Assembly (NCBI GenBank): GCA_009103225.1
Contig: RHPI01003508.1
Coordinates: 160,524-224,523, forward strand
DNA from: Chlorokybus atmophyticus
Taxonomy: Eukaryota; Plantae; Mesostigma and Chlorokybus algae
DNA: 64,000 bases
Direction of reading: 5' to 3'
How positions within the stretch are numbered: position 1 is the stretch's first letter; each line of letters opens with the position of its first letter. Of the stretch, positions 10,801 through 22,942 are shown one piece after another. The position numbers and the translations under genes were made by a program. The notes beneath the pieces were generated by a model that was given only the letters and a program-made list of their open reading frames with translations, did not search any database and had not been told where the DNA came from.

Positions 10801-12104
10801 GTTTGCCTTTCTTGCAAAGTGTGGCTTTTGCAAAACGGAGTTGCCATTTTTGGGGCACATTGTGAGCGGTGCGGGTGTTAAACTTGACCCTCGCAAGGTG
10901 CAAATTGTAAAAAGATTGGCCTCAACCCAAGAATGTACATTACCTGCGACCATTCTTGGGATTGGCAAACTACTTTTGCAAGTTTATGATGGGGTATTCA
11001 ACAGTTGTGCCTTTGACAAAATTGTTGCAAAGCGACGCTCAATTCTTGTGGACTGTTGAGTTAGCTGCTATGCAACAAGTGAAGCTAGCTTTGACTTCGG
11101 CTCCAGTGTTAGAATTGTCGAACTGGGGCAAGCACTTTCTGTGGTTAGCGATCGCTATGCGTCCACCCTTGGGTGTGGTGCAGTATTGTTGCGAGATGGC
11201 AGACCATGTGCTTATGAGAGTAGGAAGTTCATCTCAGCAGAAGTGAACTACACTACCACCAAACAAGAGTTGCTTGGCATAGTACATGCTCTGGAAACAT
11301 TGCGATGTTACTTGGAGGAAGCTCAGTTCACAGTGGTGATTGATCATAATTTATTGGTGTACTTGTCGACACAGCAAAACTTGTCACGTAGACAAGCTCG
11401 CTGCTTCGAATGGCTGAGTTCGCAATCAATAATGCATGGCAAGAGAGTGTGCAGGAATCTCCGTTTTTCTTGAATTACGGAATGCATCCACAAGTCTTGC
11501 AGATATCAAGTTGCCCGCTGCTGATATCAGTCGCATGCCTGCAGCGCGCGAGATGGCTTCGGCCATGCAGGATAGGTTAGCATTGGCAAAGGACTGTCTA
11601 CGCGCAGCGCAGCGCAAGACATACATAAAGCCCCTGTTGATGCACATCGTAGAGAGGCCTACTATGATGTGGGCTGTTCGGTACTTTTAAGCACCAAAAA
11701 CATATCCATCAAGGGAGTGGGTACCCGCAAGTGCTTCCCTCGCTGGATAGGCCCTTTCAAAGTGATTAATCGGGTTGGCACTCACGCGTATCGTTTAGAC
11801 TTACGAAAGTCGATACGCATTCACAATGTGCTTTATGTGAGTGTATTAAAACCGCACCATTCTGACGGTCGCGTTCAACCTCCTCCACCCCCCCCTTGCA
11901 GTGGATGGCGACGATAGTTTTGAGTATGAGGTGGAAGTAATCCTGAGTCACCGTAAGCCCCAACGCGGACGCGCGCTGTCGTACTTAGTGAAATGGGAAG
12001 GGTATGGTGTTGAGCACAATACATGGGAGCCCAAAAGGAGTCTTACCAACTGCCAGGAGATTCTTCGGGGGTACTGGAGTACTGTATTTACACGAGAACG
12101 GTAA
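7805..12104 (+). pseudogene. gag-pol of copy 1 (stops and frameshifts)
   Basis: NKPEKFKP gag core, CYVCH zinc knuckle at ~9180, LIDTSAT protease at ~9735, [14 protein letters not shown] and VYLEDII, RNase H CAYESRK..NY...QELL, chromodomain YEVEVILSH..YLVKWEGY..NTWEP. Confidence 0.95.
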
Positions 12105-12226
12105 AAGGGTGTTGGCAGACATCTTTACCATTTCGGCCCAGAATCTCTGACTGCTTTGGTTTTTAGTGCTCATAGTGGGGCTTTGCTAACCCTTCCATGA
12201 GGACATTGAAACCTATGTGGGGGGAA

Positions 12227-12560
12227 TGTAACGGAGTGCTACTTCTATAGTGGTCCCCGCCCTTCTCTAAGATTAGATCAGGGTCCGAACGGGTATATAC
12301 AGCCATTTAAGCCATATTAAAGCCGTTAACCTAATGTTAATGCCCTAATGTAGTGTTACGATAAGTAATATTGATATCGGCATGAGACTCATGTCTCATA
12401 CCGATATCAGCCGCATAGCGGCGCTGCTAACGCAGCGGCCGCCATAGCTAGGGGATCTTTGGCTCCGGCAGTTGCCCCTGGCGGCGGCGGTGTCGACGGC
12501 CTGGCTGGAGGCGATGTTGGGGTAGGGGATTGGAGGGGGCGGTAGCACCCCTCCTTTACA
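12227..12560 (+). repeat. 3' LTR of copy 1
   Basis: Preceded by TGTGGGGGGAA and collinear with 6654-6977. Confidence 0.95.
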
Positions 12561-13929
12561 GCTGACATTGTTGCTATTAAAATGCCATCAGCCTTTAATG
12601 TGCTTGCATTGGCATGTGCCATTCACGTTTACACACTTGATCATGCTGCGCTAACAGTGATGACATAATTGAACAATTGCGGGGGTGTTGCATGATTTGC
12701 TAAAAAATCTAAGCATAGATTCTTGGCTCTAGCCCTTGCAATTGCTTCAATGAGTTTTATAGCATTTTGCACAAGGCGTAGTACTTTTTCCACACTCTCG
12801 TAGCTCGTGTGTGTAACGGAGTGCTACCGCTATGCGGTTCCCCGCCCTTATTTAGTTAGAAATAAGGATCACAATGGGCAATTAACAGCCAATTGAGCCG
12901 TATTAGGGCCTTTATGGCCTTAATGTAGTGTAAGCTTATCGCTAACACTGATAGCGATGTGAGACTCATGTCTCACATCGATATCAGCCGCATAATGGCG
13001 CTGCTAACGCAGCGGCCGCCATAGCCAGAAGATCTTTTGCTCTGGCAGCTGCCCCGGCAGCGGCGGCGGCGGTGTGGGCCTGCGGCGTCGCTGGTGGTGG
13101 TGTTGGGTTAGGGGATTAAAGGGGGCGGTAGCCCCCCCCCCCCCCCCCCCCCCNTTGGAGGAAGGGGAGGTGAGGGGCCTGTAGGGCGGCGGCGGCAGCA
13201 GTAGCCGCCACCGCCACCGCCACCCACGTGTTAGGGTGGGTAGCGGTGTTAGTTGTTGTTGTTGTGTTGTTGTGTATAACGCTGCTGCTGGTGTAGCTTA
13301 ATTAGCCTTGCTTACTTGCTAGCCTAGCTTAGCCTAGCCTAGCTGCCTAGCTTAGCCTAGCTTGCTACTGTGAAGGGGAGGCGGCCACTCAGGCAGCCCA
13401 CCCCCGAGCATTGCATCCCAGCACATCACTTAGTAACTCACATTACTATCAATACGTGTGTGCTTGTGGGATAGCCACCGCGTGGATTTGCGGGGGTGTG
13501 AAGGGTTTTGTGCGCGCACACGCATTCGCATGCGTGCTCTAACCCTTGAGGGCAGTCTCGTGGCAACATCGGCTGTCGTGACCGCCAGTCAGTGCGGTGG
13601 GGCCAACAGACTTGTTCTGTTCGGCCAAGCAAACTCCATTCACACTTGGCACTACTCGTGTCAATTGCAATTGTGCATTACTGGAGTTGTACAACCTGAG
13701 AACTTTGAGCTGTTGTAGCGTGCAAACCGTCGCGTAGAATCGCGTGCGGTTTGTTTGCAAGCAAGCGTCTTGTTAAGAGGTGTTGGGTAGTCCCTTCACG
13801 GGATGTTTTACCCAAGTTAAAAACCTTGCAATCAACGAGAAGGAAACAACAAATTTTAACACTTTCAAAGTGCACAACTCGTGTGCTTGTGCACTTGCAA
13901 ACTTCTTAACAGCTTGTCTCCTTGGGCAG

Positions 13930-16900
13930 ATGTCTTACCAAGGAGAGGAAGGCGGGGTGTATCCCGTTCCTGAGGATTCATCCTATGAGCCATCAAGTGA
14001 TGAGGAAGTGAAGCACTCGGACACGAGTGGTCGTTACAGTGTTAGTGATGAGGAAGAAGCCAAGTCCAAGAGTGGTGAAGCTTCTTCCAACAAGTCCTCT
14101 CATGACAAACAACCTATGGACGCTCAGAGCATCATCGGGGCGGCCATAGCAAACGCATCAGAGCGTGATGCTCTTCTTGCTGCACACTTCCAGCTTCGCA
14201 AGGAAGGAAGTGTGGGATAAGTGGGCGCAGCAAGTCCGTAACGCATATGAGACGGACTTCGCGGCACTCCCGCGCGCAAGCAAGGAGATGGTGATTTGCA
14301 TGATCGTGCACGAGTTGACGCGTAATGTACCGCGACTCACGTGCACAAATCTAGCAGTGCCTGCTCTTAGGGCCACTTATAACAAACCAGAGGATGGCGT
14401 TCGAGGCTCTCACCTCATTAACGGTAGAGACTTGGAAGCGTTGCAAGGACCTCTTCTGGTACTTAGGGCCTGAGCTGGAGGAAAAGTTGGCTCGAGAAGA
14501 GCGCTTGACTGCGCGCCTCAATGCTATGTAGTCCGAGTTGGTCGCATTATGCCAGCAGGTGGCTGGAGCTACCACAACTATAGCAGGGACATTAGTTGGC
14601 CTACCCGTTACAACGATGAACAAGCCCGAGAAGTTCAAGCCTAATGGGGCTGTGAACATTCATGATTGGGTGGTGATTGTGAAGCGCGACTTGGCTGCAC
14701 TTCAGCGACCAGTTAGTGAGCATACATCTGTTGCTGAGTTGCTCATGCCACCTGACGCTTTAGACGAGTGCACGACAAACAGAGGATGGTGCTTTTAAGA
14801 CTATGGAGGCATTATTTCGGTTCTTGGTGGAGCGCAACGATAGCATGAATCTGGTTACTGCTGCTCGCAACAAGCTTACTAAGATGCGACAGAATGGTCG
14901 GGCGGCTACAGTGTACTTGCAGGAGTTTCTGGCACTTGTTGGCCGTGTCAACATTGGGCTCATGCCCATAGACAAGGCTGAGCATTTTAACCTGTACAAG
15001 CGCGGCTTGGATGCGCGCTTGCACGACCAGTTGCAGTACAACACGTTGACGGGGCAGCCGTGGGTTCCCGCGGACCTCGCAACCTTGCAGAGGTTGAGTG
15101 TGTATCTGTTCAACGACGATGCTGCGGCTGTGCAGGACAAGTCACATGTGGTGGCTTCAGTCAAGCCACATGGGGGAGGGGGGAAGCGGTTCCCTCCACC
15201 AAGTGCGCATGCGGCAAAGAAGGTGCTACGCCTTTTGCAGCACGCGCATGCTATGTGTGCCATCAGCTAGGCCACATTGCGAAGAACTGCCTAGGCAAGG
15301 TGAAGGGCAAGGTCAAGAAGGTTGAATATGAATACGTCGTGACTGATGTACCTTCATGTAGTGTCCAGTTGCTAGTGTTACATGCAGCAAACCGGTTTGA
15401 TGAATTGTCTCGTGTGCATGTAATGACACATGCATGGCAAGCACATGATAAGCTGCCACGTTTTTATAGTGAAAAAGTGGATGACAATGCTTGTGTGCTA
15501 GTGCATGTAAAGTTTAACATGCTAACAAAAGTTTTGCGCACATTGTGTGAGTTACAAAATAAATATACGACACTGACTGTGGTTGTCATGGTGCTTAAGT
15601 ATCACGGACCATGGCTAAAGCATACTCGGGGGGGGACTGTGTTGAAACAATTCACAAAGTGTGAAACGGGAACAGTGCGGTTGTCAGCAGTATTGATTAA
15701 CCCACGCATCATTCACCGAATCTTGGCTACCTTTCAAGGGCGAGTAGTACCTTTATTGTGGACCTTTACAGGCCCGGCATAGGGTACTACTAGCTCGTTC
15801 TTGGTTAACACTGGGGCAACGCATAATTTCGCTAAAGAAAAATGGGTTATGCGCAATAAGTTAGCGTGCAAACCCTCAACCTTCTCAGCTGCTGGGGGTG
15901 GGGGTGCGTTATCAGTAAAAGGTGAAATGAAGTTGAAAATCAAGACTGGTAGTTATCAAGCCAAATTTAACTTCATCGTAGTACCCATTGACATAGCTGG
16001 TGTTGATGTGGTATTTGGCCAAGAATGGCAAGATCAAGTGTCTATGACATTAGATACTGCTGCACGGTTGTGCACAGTAAAGAAGGGGCGTAAGCGCATC
16101 ATTTTATCCGTGCAGGGGTCGCATAGCTTAGAATACAAGCAAATAGACCCTGCGTTACTTACGGCGCTTCAAGTGAAGCGTGCGTTACGTAAAAACACAC
16201 TTGCTTTTGTAATGCACTTAACGTCAAGTGATGGTGTAGTGCCTGACAATACAGAATGTGTGGCGGACATCGTCATTGATAAGTTTCAGTATGTGTTCTT
16301 TGAGTAGTTGCCGGGCTTGGCCCCTGATCGAGGTGTCGGACACACAATACCTTTGATTCCTGATAGTGAGCCTCCATTTCGGCCTACATAAAGGTTGAGC
16401 CCTCGTGGGAGGGGGGAAATGGAAACACAGATAAAAGAGTTACTAGAAAAGGGATTGATTGAACCAAGTTCTTCACCCTTTGGCGCACCCATCTTGTTTG
16501 TTATGAAGAAGAATATGAAGTTGCGCATGTGTGTGGATTACCGTGCTATAAACAAGATCACGGTAAAAAACAGATACCTGTTGCCAATGATTGATGATGT
16601 GGCTGACAAGTTGTCAGGGAATGCGTACTTTAATACGCTAGACTTGACAAGTGGCCATCTTCAAATCCGGATTCATCCTTTGGATGTCTATAAGACAGCA
16701 TTCAGGACACCTACGGGCCATTATTAAACCAAAGTGTTACCTTTTTAATTGACTAATGTACCCGCTGTGTTTAAAAGGAAATGAATTGGAATTTTGGTGA
16801 TATGCTTGGTAAGCATGTCATGATAAATTGGATGTCATCGTTGTCGTCAATAAAACAAAAGAAGAACATAGGCAACACTTGGAAGCGGTGTTTGCAAGAT

Positions 16901-19140
16901 TGCGCAAGCATCGTTTATGGCTCGCCGAGTGTGATTTTTGTGGAACGGAGTTGCCCTTCCTTCGTTGTATTGTGAGTGGTGCGGGTATCAAGCCTGACCC
17001 TCGCAAATTGCAGGTTGTAAAAGAGTGGCCCCAACCTCAGAATGTCCATCAATCAAGGTCGTTTCTAGGGTTGGCAAACTACTTTCGCAAGTTCATAATG
17101 GGGTACTCGACAGTTGTCATGCCTTCCACCACACTGTTGCGTAAAGATGCCCCGTTCACTGAGAGGACAGAACAAGAAGCTGCTATGCAAAAGGTGAAGT
17201 TGGCTTTAACATCCGATGTTAATTCTGATGATCAGCGCCGGTGTTAGCACTGCCAAATCGGGACAAACACTTCACAGTCAGTGACGCATCAACACTTGGG
17301 TGTGGTGCTATACTGCTGCAAGATGGCAGACCTTGAACTTATGAGAGTAGGAAGTTCATTCCTGCAGAGGTAAACGACACTACGACAGAGCAAGAACTAT
17401 TGGGTATAGTTCATGCTATTGAGACATGGAGATGTTACTTGGAGGGTGTTCAGTTCACTGTTATGATTGATCACAACCCGTTGGTGTATTTCTCAACACA
17501 GCAAAACTTGTCGAGACGGCAAGCGCGCTGGAATGAGTTTTTGTCCAGGTTCACCTTTGATTGGGTGTATCGGCCGAGCAGAACCAATGTGGCTGACCCT
17601 TTAAGTCGCTGCCCGTCATTACTGGCGGTGATGCGAACGCAATTACTTGCGACACGCAGCACATTGTCTCTTGATGATGAGTTTGTGCAAGCTTTTGTAC
17701 AAGGGTACACTTTAAACCCATGGTTTGCTATTGCAGACAACTTACAAAAGTTTGACAAACGTGACAATCTGTATTATATGAGCAACAGTTTGGTGATACC
17801 TGACCATGCTAAAATGCGTGTAAATGCATAGCGGATATACACGATCCACCGTACGCTGGGCACTTCGATAGTCGCAAGACCACTAAGGCAGCGCAACAGT
17901 TGTATTGGTGACCATCGTTGCCTGCTAATGTAAAGCGATATGTGGACACGTGTGACAAATGTCAACGTGACAAACCGCTACGTCAAAAGCCCGCTGGGCT
18001 ATTGCGGCCGTTACCAGTTCTTGACCGTAAGTGGGAAAGTATGAGTATAGACCTTATCACTGAGCTCCCTGAGACAGCGTTGGGTCATACTACGGTTGCA
18101 GTATTTGTGGATTATTTGACAGAAATGGTTCACATTGTTCCTTGCCGTACGAAGATAGGCTCCCGTGATCTAGCGATGGTTTTTGTCGCGTCAGTGTTCA
18201 AGTTGTATGGCTTGCCTCGCAACATTGTCTCTGATCGTGACCCGAGGTTTGTGTCTCAGTTCTGAAAGTCGCTATGCAACTTCCTGCAGATACAGCAGCA
18301 CACGAGTACTACTTATCATCCGCAACTGATGGTCAGACTGAATCCAAACAAGTAAATGAGGAAACCATATATTATGTGAGTCCGAATCAGTCTGATTGGG
18401 ATATTTATCTTCCAATGGCTGAGTTCGCGCTTGACAATGCATGGCACGAGAGTGTGCAGGAAACTCTATTTTTCTTGGATTACGGAGTGCATCCACAAAG
18501 TCTTGCGAGTATTAAGTTGCCAGCTAGCGACTTGATTCGCGTGCCTGCACAGCGCGAGATGGTTGCGGCCATGCAAGACAGGTTAGCGTTGGCAAAAAGC
18601 TGTCTCCGCGCAGCGCAAGACAGACAGAAAGCCCAAGCTGATAAGCATTGTAGGCAGGCCGACTATGATGTGGGCAATTCGGTGCTTCTAAGCACTTAAA
18701 ACATATCCATCAAGGGAGTGGGTACCCGAAAGTTTTTCCCTCGCTGGATAGGCCCCTTCAAAGTGGTTGATCGGGTCGGCACTCACGCGTATCGTTTGGA
18801 GTTACCACAATCCATACGTATACATAACGTGTTTCATGTGAGTGTACTGAAGCCATACCGTTCAGACGGTCCGGTTCAACCTCCTCCACCCCCCGTCGCA
18901 GTGGATGGCAATAATACTTTCGAGTACGAGGTGGAAGCAATCCTGAGTCACTGTAGACCCCGACGCAAACGCGCGCCAACTTACTTACTTGGTGAAATGA
19001 AAAGGGTATGGTCACCATACCTTCAACACGGTGTTGAACACAACACGTGGGAACCCCAAAGGAATCTTACCAACTGCTAAGAGATTATTTGGGCGTACTG
19101 GAGTAATGTGTCCGCGCGGACGGTAAAAGGGTGGCGGCAG
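13930..19140 (+). pseudogene. gag-pol of copy 2
   Basis: CYVCHQLGHIAKNC knuckle, FLVNTGATHNF protease, [36 protein letters not shown], integrase CDKCQRDK/WESMSIDLIT/IVSDRDPRF, chromodomain YEVEAILSH/NTWEP. Confidence 0.95.
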
Positions 19141-19247
19141 ACATCTTTACCGCTTCGGCCCTGGTTTTTCTTGTACTCAGGTTTTGAGTGCTTACGGTGC
19201 GGCCCTGCTAGAACTTCAATAAGGATTGAACTCTAAGTGAGCGGGAA

Positions 19248-19616
19248 TGTAACGGAGTGCTACCGCTATGCGGTTCCCTGCCCTTATTTGGATAGAAATA
19301 AGGGTCCCAACGGATAATTAACAGCCATTTGAGCCGTATTAGGGCCTTTTTGGCCTTAATGTGGTGTTAGCTTATCGCTAACACTGATTTTGATGTGATA
19401 CTCATGTCTCACACCGATATATATCGATGTGCGACTCATTTCTCACATCGATATCAGCCGCATGGCGGCGGTGCTAACGCAGCGGCCGCCATAGCCAGAG
19501 AATCTTTTGCTGGCAGCTGCCCGGCAGCGGCGGCGGCGGTGTGGGCCGGTGGCGTGGCTGGTAGTGGTGTTGGGGTAGGGGATTAAAGGGGGCGGTAGCA
19601 CCCCCTCCCTCCTATA
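19248..19616 (+). repeat. 3' LTR of copy 2
   Basis: Collinear with 12812-13140 and carries an internal duplication of the LTR palindrome. Confidence 0.9.
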
Positions 19617-22600
19617 ATAAGATTTGATTGTTGGTATTAAAAAGACTACAAGTATAACAACGAGTACAATTGCCAGGCTGGTGTAAGTAATATTAAGAAC
19701 CACCGGCTGATAAAGCTTGTTATAATAGCGTATCTTATACATAAATATTTAACAAGTATAGTATAGCACAATTATTAAACAATTTTAGATATTGCGGTGT
19801 TACATTGCAATTCAAGTTGTTATAGCAATAAATTGCAACACTTGATCTGGTTATCTCTTTGCCGATATAAACATGGGTCAATAATTTTTCTATAAGGTAT
19901 AAACGTTATACTAAAATAAGATTTAATGAATGGTGTGTAATGCACGAATGCACGAATGTTCTTTCCCTCAAATGGTTAGCATCATACTGTATCAATGAAC
20001 GATTCCATCATTCATGCATATGTGCATTACGCATTTAATGTTATTGTGCTCTGCATACAGTATGCACTATGCAAGCAGTCATTGCATTCGTTTTACATAA
20101 GCTATTGTCAATTACCATGTCGCCACAAATTTGTATAAACATGTCAATACAGAACTAAAGCATTGCATAAGTAAGAACACTCGATCAAGGCGGACCGGTA
20201 TGATACACCAACAATACAGCGATAAACACATGTGCATATATATAATATAGTTTTTCTTTGTACGAGCAATCATGATTTGATTGTTATTTTATGTTATCGA
20301 TATCACACTTACTCAATTAGCATGATGCATCGAGTTAAGACTATTAAACGGACATATTCAACTTCGTATTCCAGAGTGACAATTAATATTGTGATTATTA
20401 CCATAATCATGTATGAACGCTTCAACGGGGCGTCTGTTATGTCATTGCTGTTTGATAATATTACATGTGTGAGGATAGATGACTATGCGTCATTACATAC
20501 ATCCAAGATGCGTAAAAGTGCGCATGTACGACTTGAGCATTATCGTAAACGCGCATCATGCTTATGTCCATCACAATGCATTGAAGAGCAATATGACGAA
20601 TATATGATGATGTAAAAATTGAGACATTTTTGTATAAAATCTCCAATATCATCTTTACATCAGCAAAAAAAAGAATCTTTACAACATGCTTTAAAATTCA
20701 AGGTATATATATATATATATAAAAAGCAAACTGTCAACACAGCTGTATTGACTGAGTCGTTAAGGTATGTGTGTATGGTGCTGTATAAAGTTTTGAACTG
20801 AATGTGATGTACTTTATGATGGGGATGTTGAATCTGCGGGGACCGTTATGTTAATGGTGATGCACTGTTGTGCTAGTAGTCAAGCTACTCCCACACCCGG
20901 GGTAAACTGCTCAGCGTACCGGTACTGCAAAAGTACGGTTCCTGTACTTGACTGTATCATTCCTTCACTGTGCCAAGAGGAGATCGTCACCGATGGCGAG
21001 CACGTGGGGCACCAATAGCGTCGCTGCTGACATGAGGACAAGCTCTTACCATCAGCTGCCGTGCGACGTCGACAGGCCGCGAGATCGCTACACTGCCGAG
21101 AGGCGGCTGTGATTGGACGGCTTGTATGAGCGCTGTTTACTGAACCGACTGCTGGCGGCAACGCTGCGGCGTGCAACGCCACGTCGGCAGGCGATCCGCC
21201 CTGCAACAAGATCCGGGCAGGGGGCGTGCACGGGGAGATACTGCCGGACGGGCATGATGGGACATCATTATTGACGGGTGGCCTTCATCACGGAAGATGC
21301 ATGAAGTTGGCGGGAAAGCGCATCATGGGGCTACCGGGAGTAGGCGGGAGGGGACTTTAGACGATGTGGGCGCCTTCGGCGCGCTCAAAGCCAGCTGTTG
21401 CACGTCCTCCCGCGGCTTGTTTCGTAAGGGCCACCGCCGAGCGCCTGTCCTGCTTTCTTATGAAGCCCATCTGGCCTCTATTTGGATGCTTCCCCTGGAA
21501 AGACGAGCGACGACGCGATTCCACCAGCGGGTCACGCATCACACGCTGAGGACGGGACGGACGGCTCGAACCGACGGATGCGTGACGCCCACCGCCGGCC
21601 TCTGTGAGAATATCAGCACCGGCGGCCTGATTTTTTCCATTAAATAAGCACCTTTTTATTACGCCTATAGAGGACCCCAGCTTGGCGGGGAAAGCTCCGT
21701 AGGCTCCGCTGTATCTGCTTTTCATGATGCTGCAAGGCAGTCACGCGTGTCAATGCATACTACCTGCTTGTCACGGTTCGGCGTGCGGGGGGCGGAAGGC
21801 AGAGATTGGCTGAAAACTGGACTAGACTTGGCGAGTCAATGCATAGCAGAAGGCGTGAGTGTCTAGTAGTTGTAGACACTGTCGCAACTTTAGTTCAACA
21901 CCATCTCAAAGGGAGTACGTGCGCAGCTGGAGGCGGTCTTCGAGGCCAAGGCATTGGCGGCAGTGGTGTGGTCGTGGACGGTTGAGTCTGCGGCGGAGGC
22001 GTGCGCCGTGGTGGTTGTGGGTTGCCGAAGGTGATCCCGTAAAGGTAAGCTATCAGCCAGTGTGTTGGGCTGTCTGAAGCATCTGGGTCGTTGGTGTGGG
22101 CAGCTGCGTGCTTTTGGGGTGCGAGCTTGAGGCTTACGTGCAAGCGAGCGCTGGGAGAGTAAGCATGGGCGACGTCAGGCATGGTTGATCTCATCTTGCG
22201 AAACCAGCGTGCAGCTGCTGAGCTGCTGCCCGGCCTCGCATGCAAGCGCCAGTCGCTGTCTTCAGTTGCATTCAAGTGCGGTCTCATCAGTGTCTCGCAT
22301 GCGTCTGCTTGGTATCTGTCTGCCGCATGCATAGGTGTGCGCAAGCGAGTCAGCTGTCCGTAACTGCCCAGGCCAACTTTTCCCTGAGTTGCTACAGCCT
22401 GGCCAGTTTTGGACAGTGATAATTGCAGTACACTAGTGCGGCACTGGTGCAGTTCAGTTGTCACTTTTAAGGTCGTCTGTTGTCGGTGTGGCGGCGACTG
22501 CGAAGCGGAACTTGCGAACTTTGAAGTTTTGTGAAGCCTGTCTAATGGAATATGTAGTGATTATGCTGGTGTGACAGGAGCACGAGGTGTTTGGCTTTGC

Positions 22601-22942
22601 ATGTAAGCCAGCACCGCTGGCAGTTGGTGGTGTGCGGGTGCATGTGTTCTGAATAAGGTAGCCGTGTCCTCGTGCAGGCCGGATGCTTAACAGATAACAG
22701 ATCGTGGTTTACTTGTGCCTGCGGCTCCATGGATGTCGCTTGTTGAAAGCTATTTGCTTCTAGTCGTGGGCGGTGTTCCATGTGGTTATTGTAGTAGTAG
22801 CGGAGACGCACAGTTCTGCCCAGCTTCAACAAGCCATATCCGTCTCACAGGGCAGCTGCTGATCACCTTCGTTTGCAACAAAAACACTGGATATGTTGAC
22901 TGTTACATCAGCTGATCGGTGGCCTCCACTTGGCAGGCAACC

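Larger units (their letters stand above)
6654..12560 (+). mobile_element. Ty3/gypsy chromovirus LTR retrotransposon, copy 1 (degenerate, integrase core deleted)
   Basis: TG..CA LTRs 6654-6977 and 12227-12560, iMet-type PBS TGGTATCGGAGC 6979-6990, PPT before 12227, 5-bp TSD GCCGA/GCTGA (4/5), and gag, PR, RT, RNase H and chromodomain fragments. Confidence 0.97.
12812..19616 (+). mobile_element. Ty3/gypsy chromovirus LTR retrotransposon, copy 2 (degenerate, all domains present)
   Basis: LTRs 12812-~13153 (end and PBS lost in polyC/N) and 19248-~19616, PPT TAAGTGAGCGGGAA, and gag, PR, RT, RH, IN and chromodomain. No TSD recognisable. Confidence 0.95.

Noticed and set aside
20880-22915. GC-rich ORFs and exon-like pieces (ISKGVRAQLEAVFEAK.., PCGYCSSSG..)
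   Set aside because: Could not be joined into a consistent spliced frame and show no recognisable domain.
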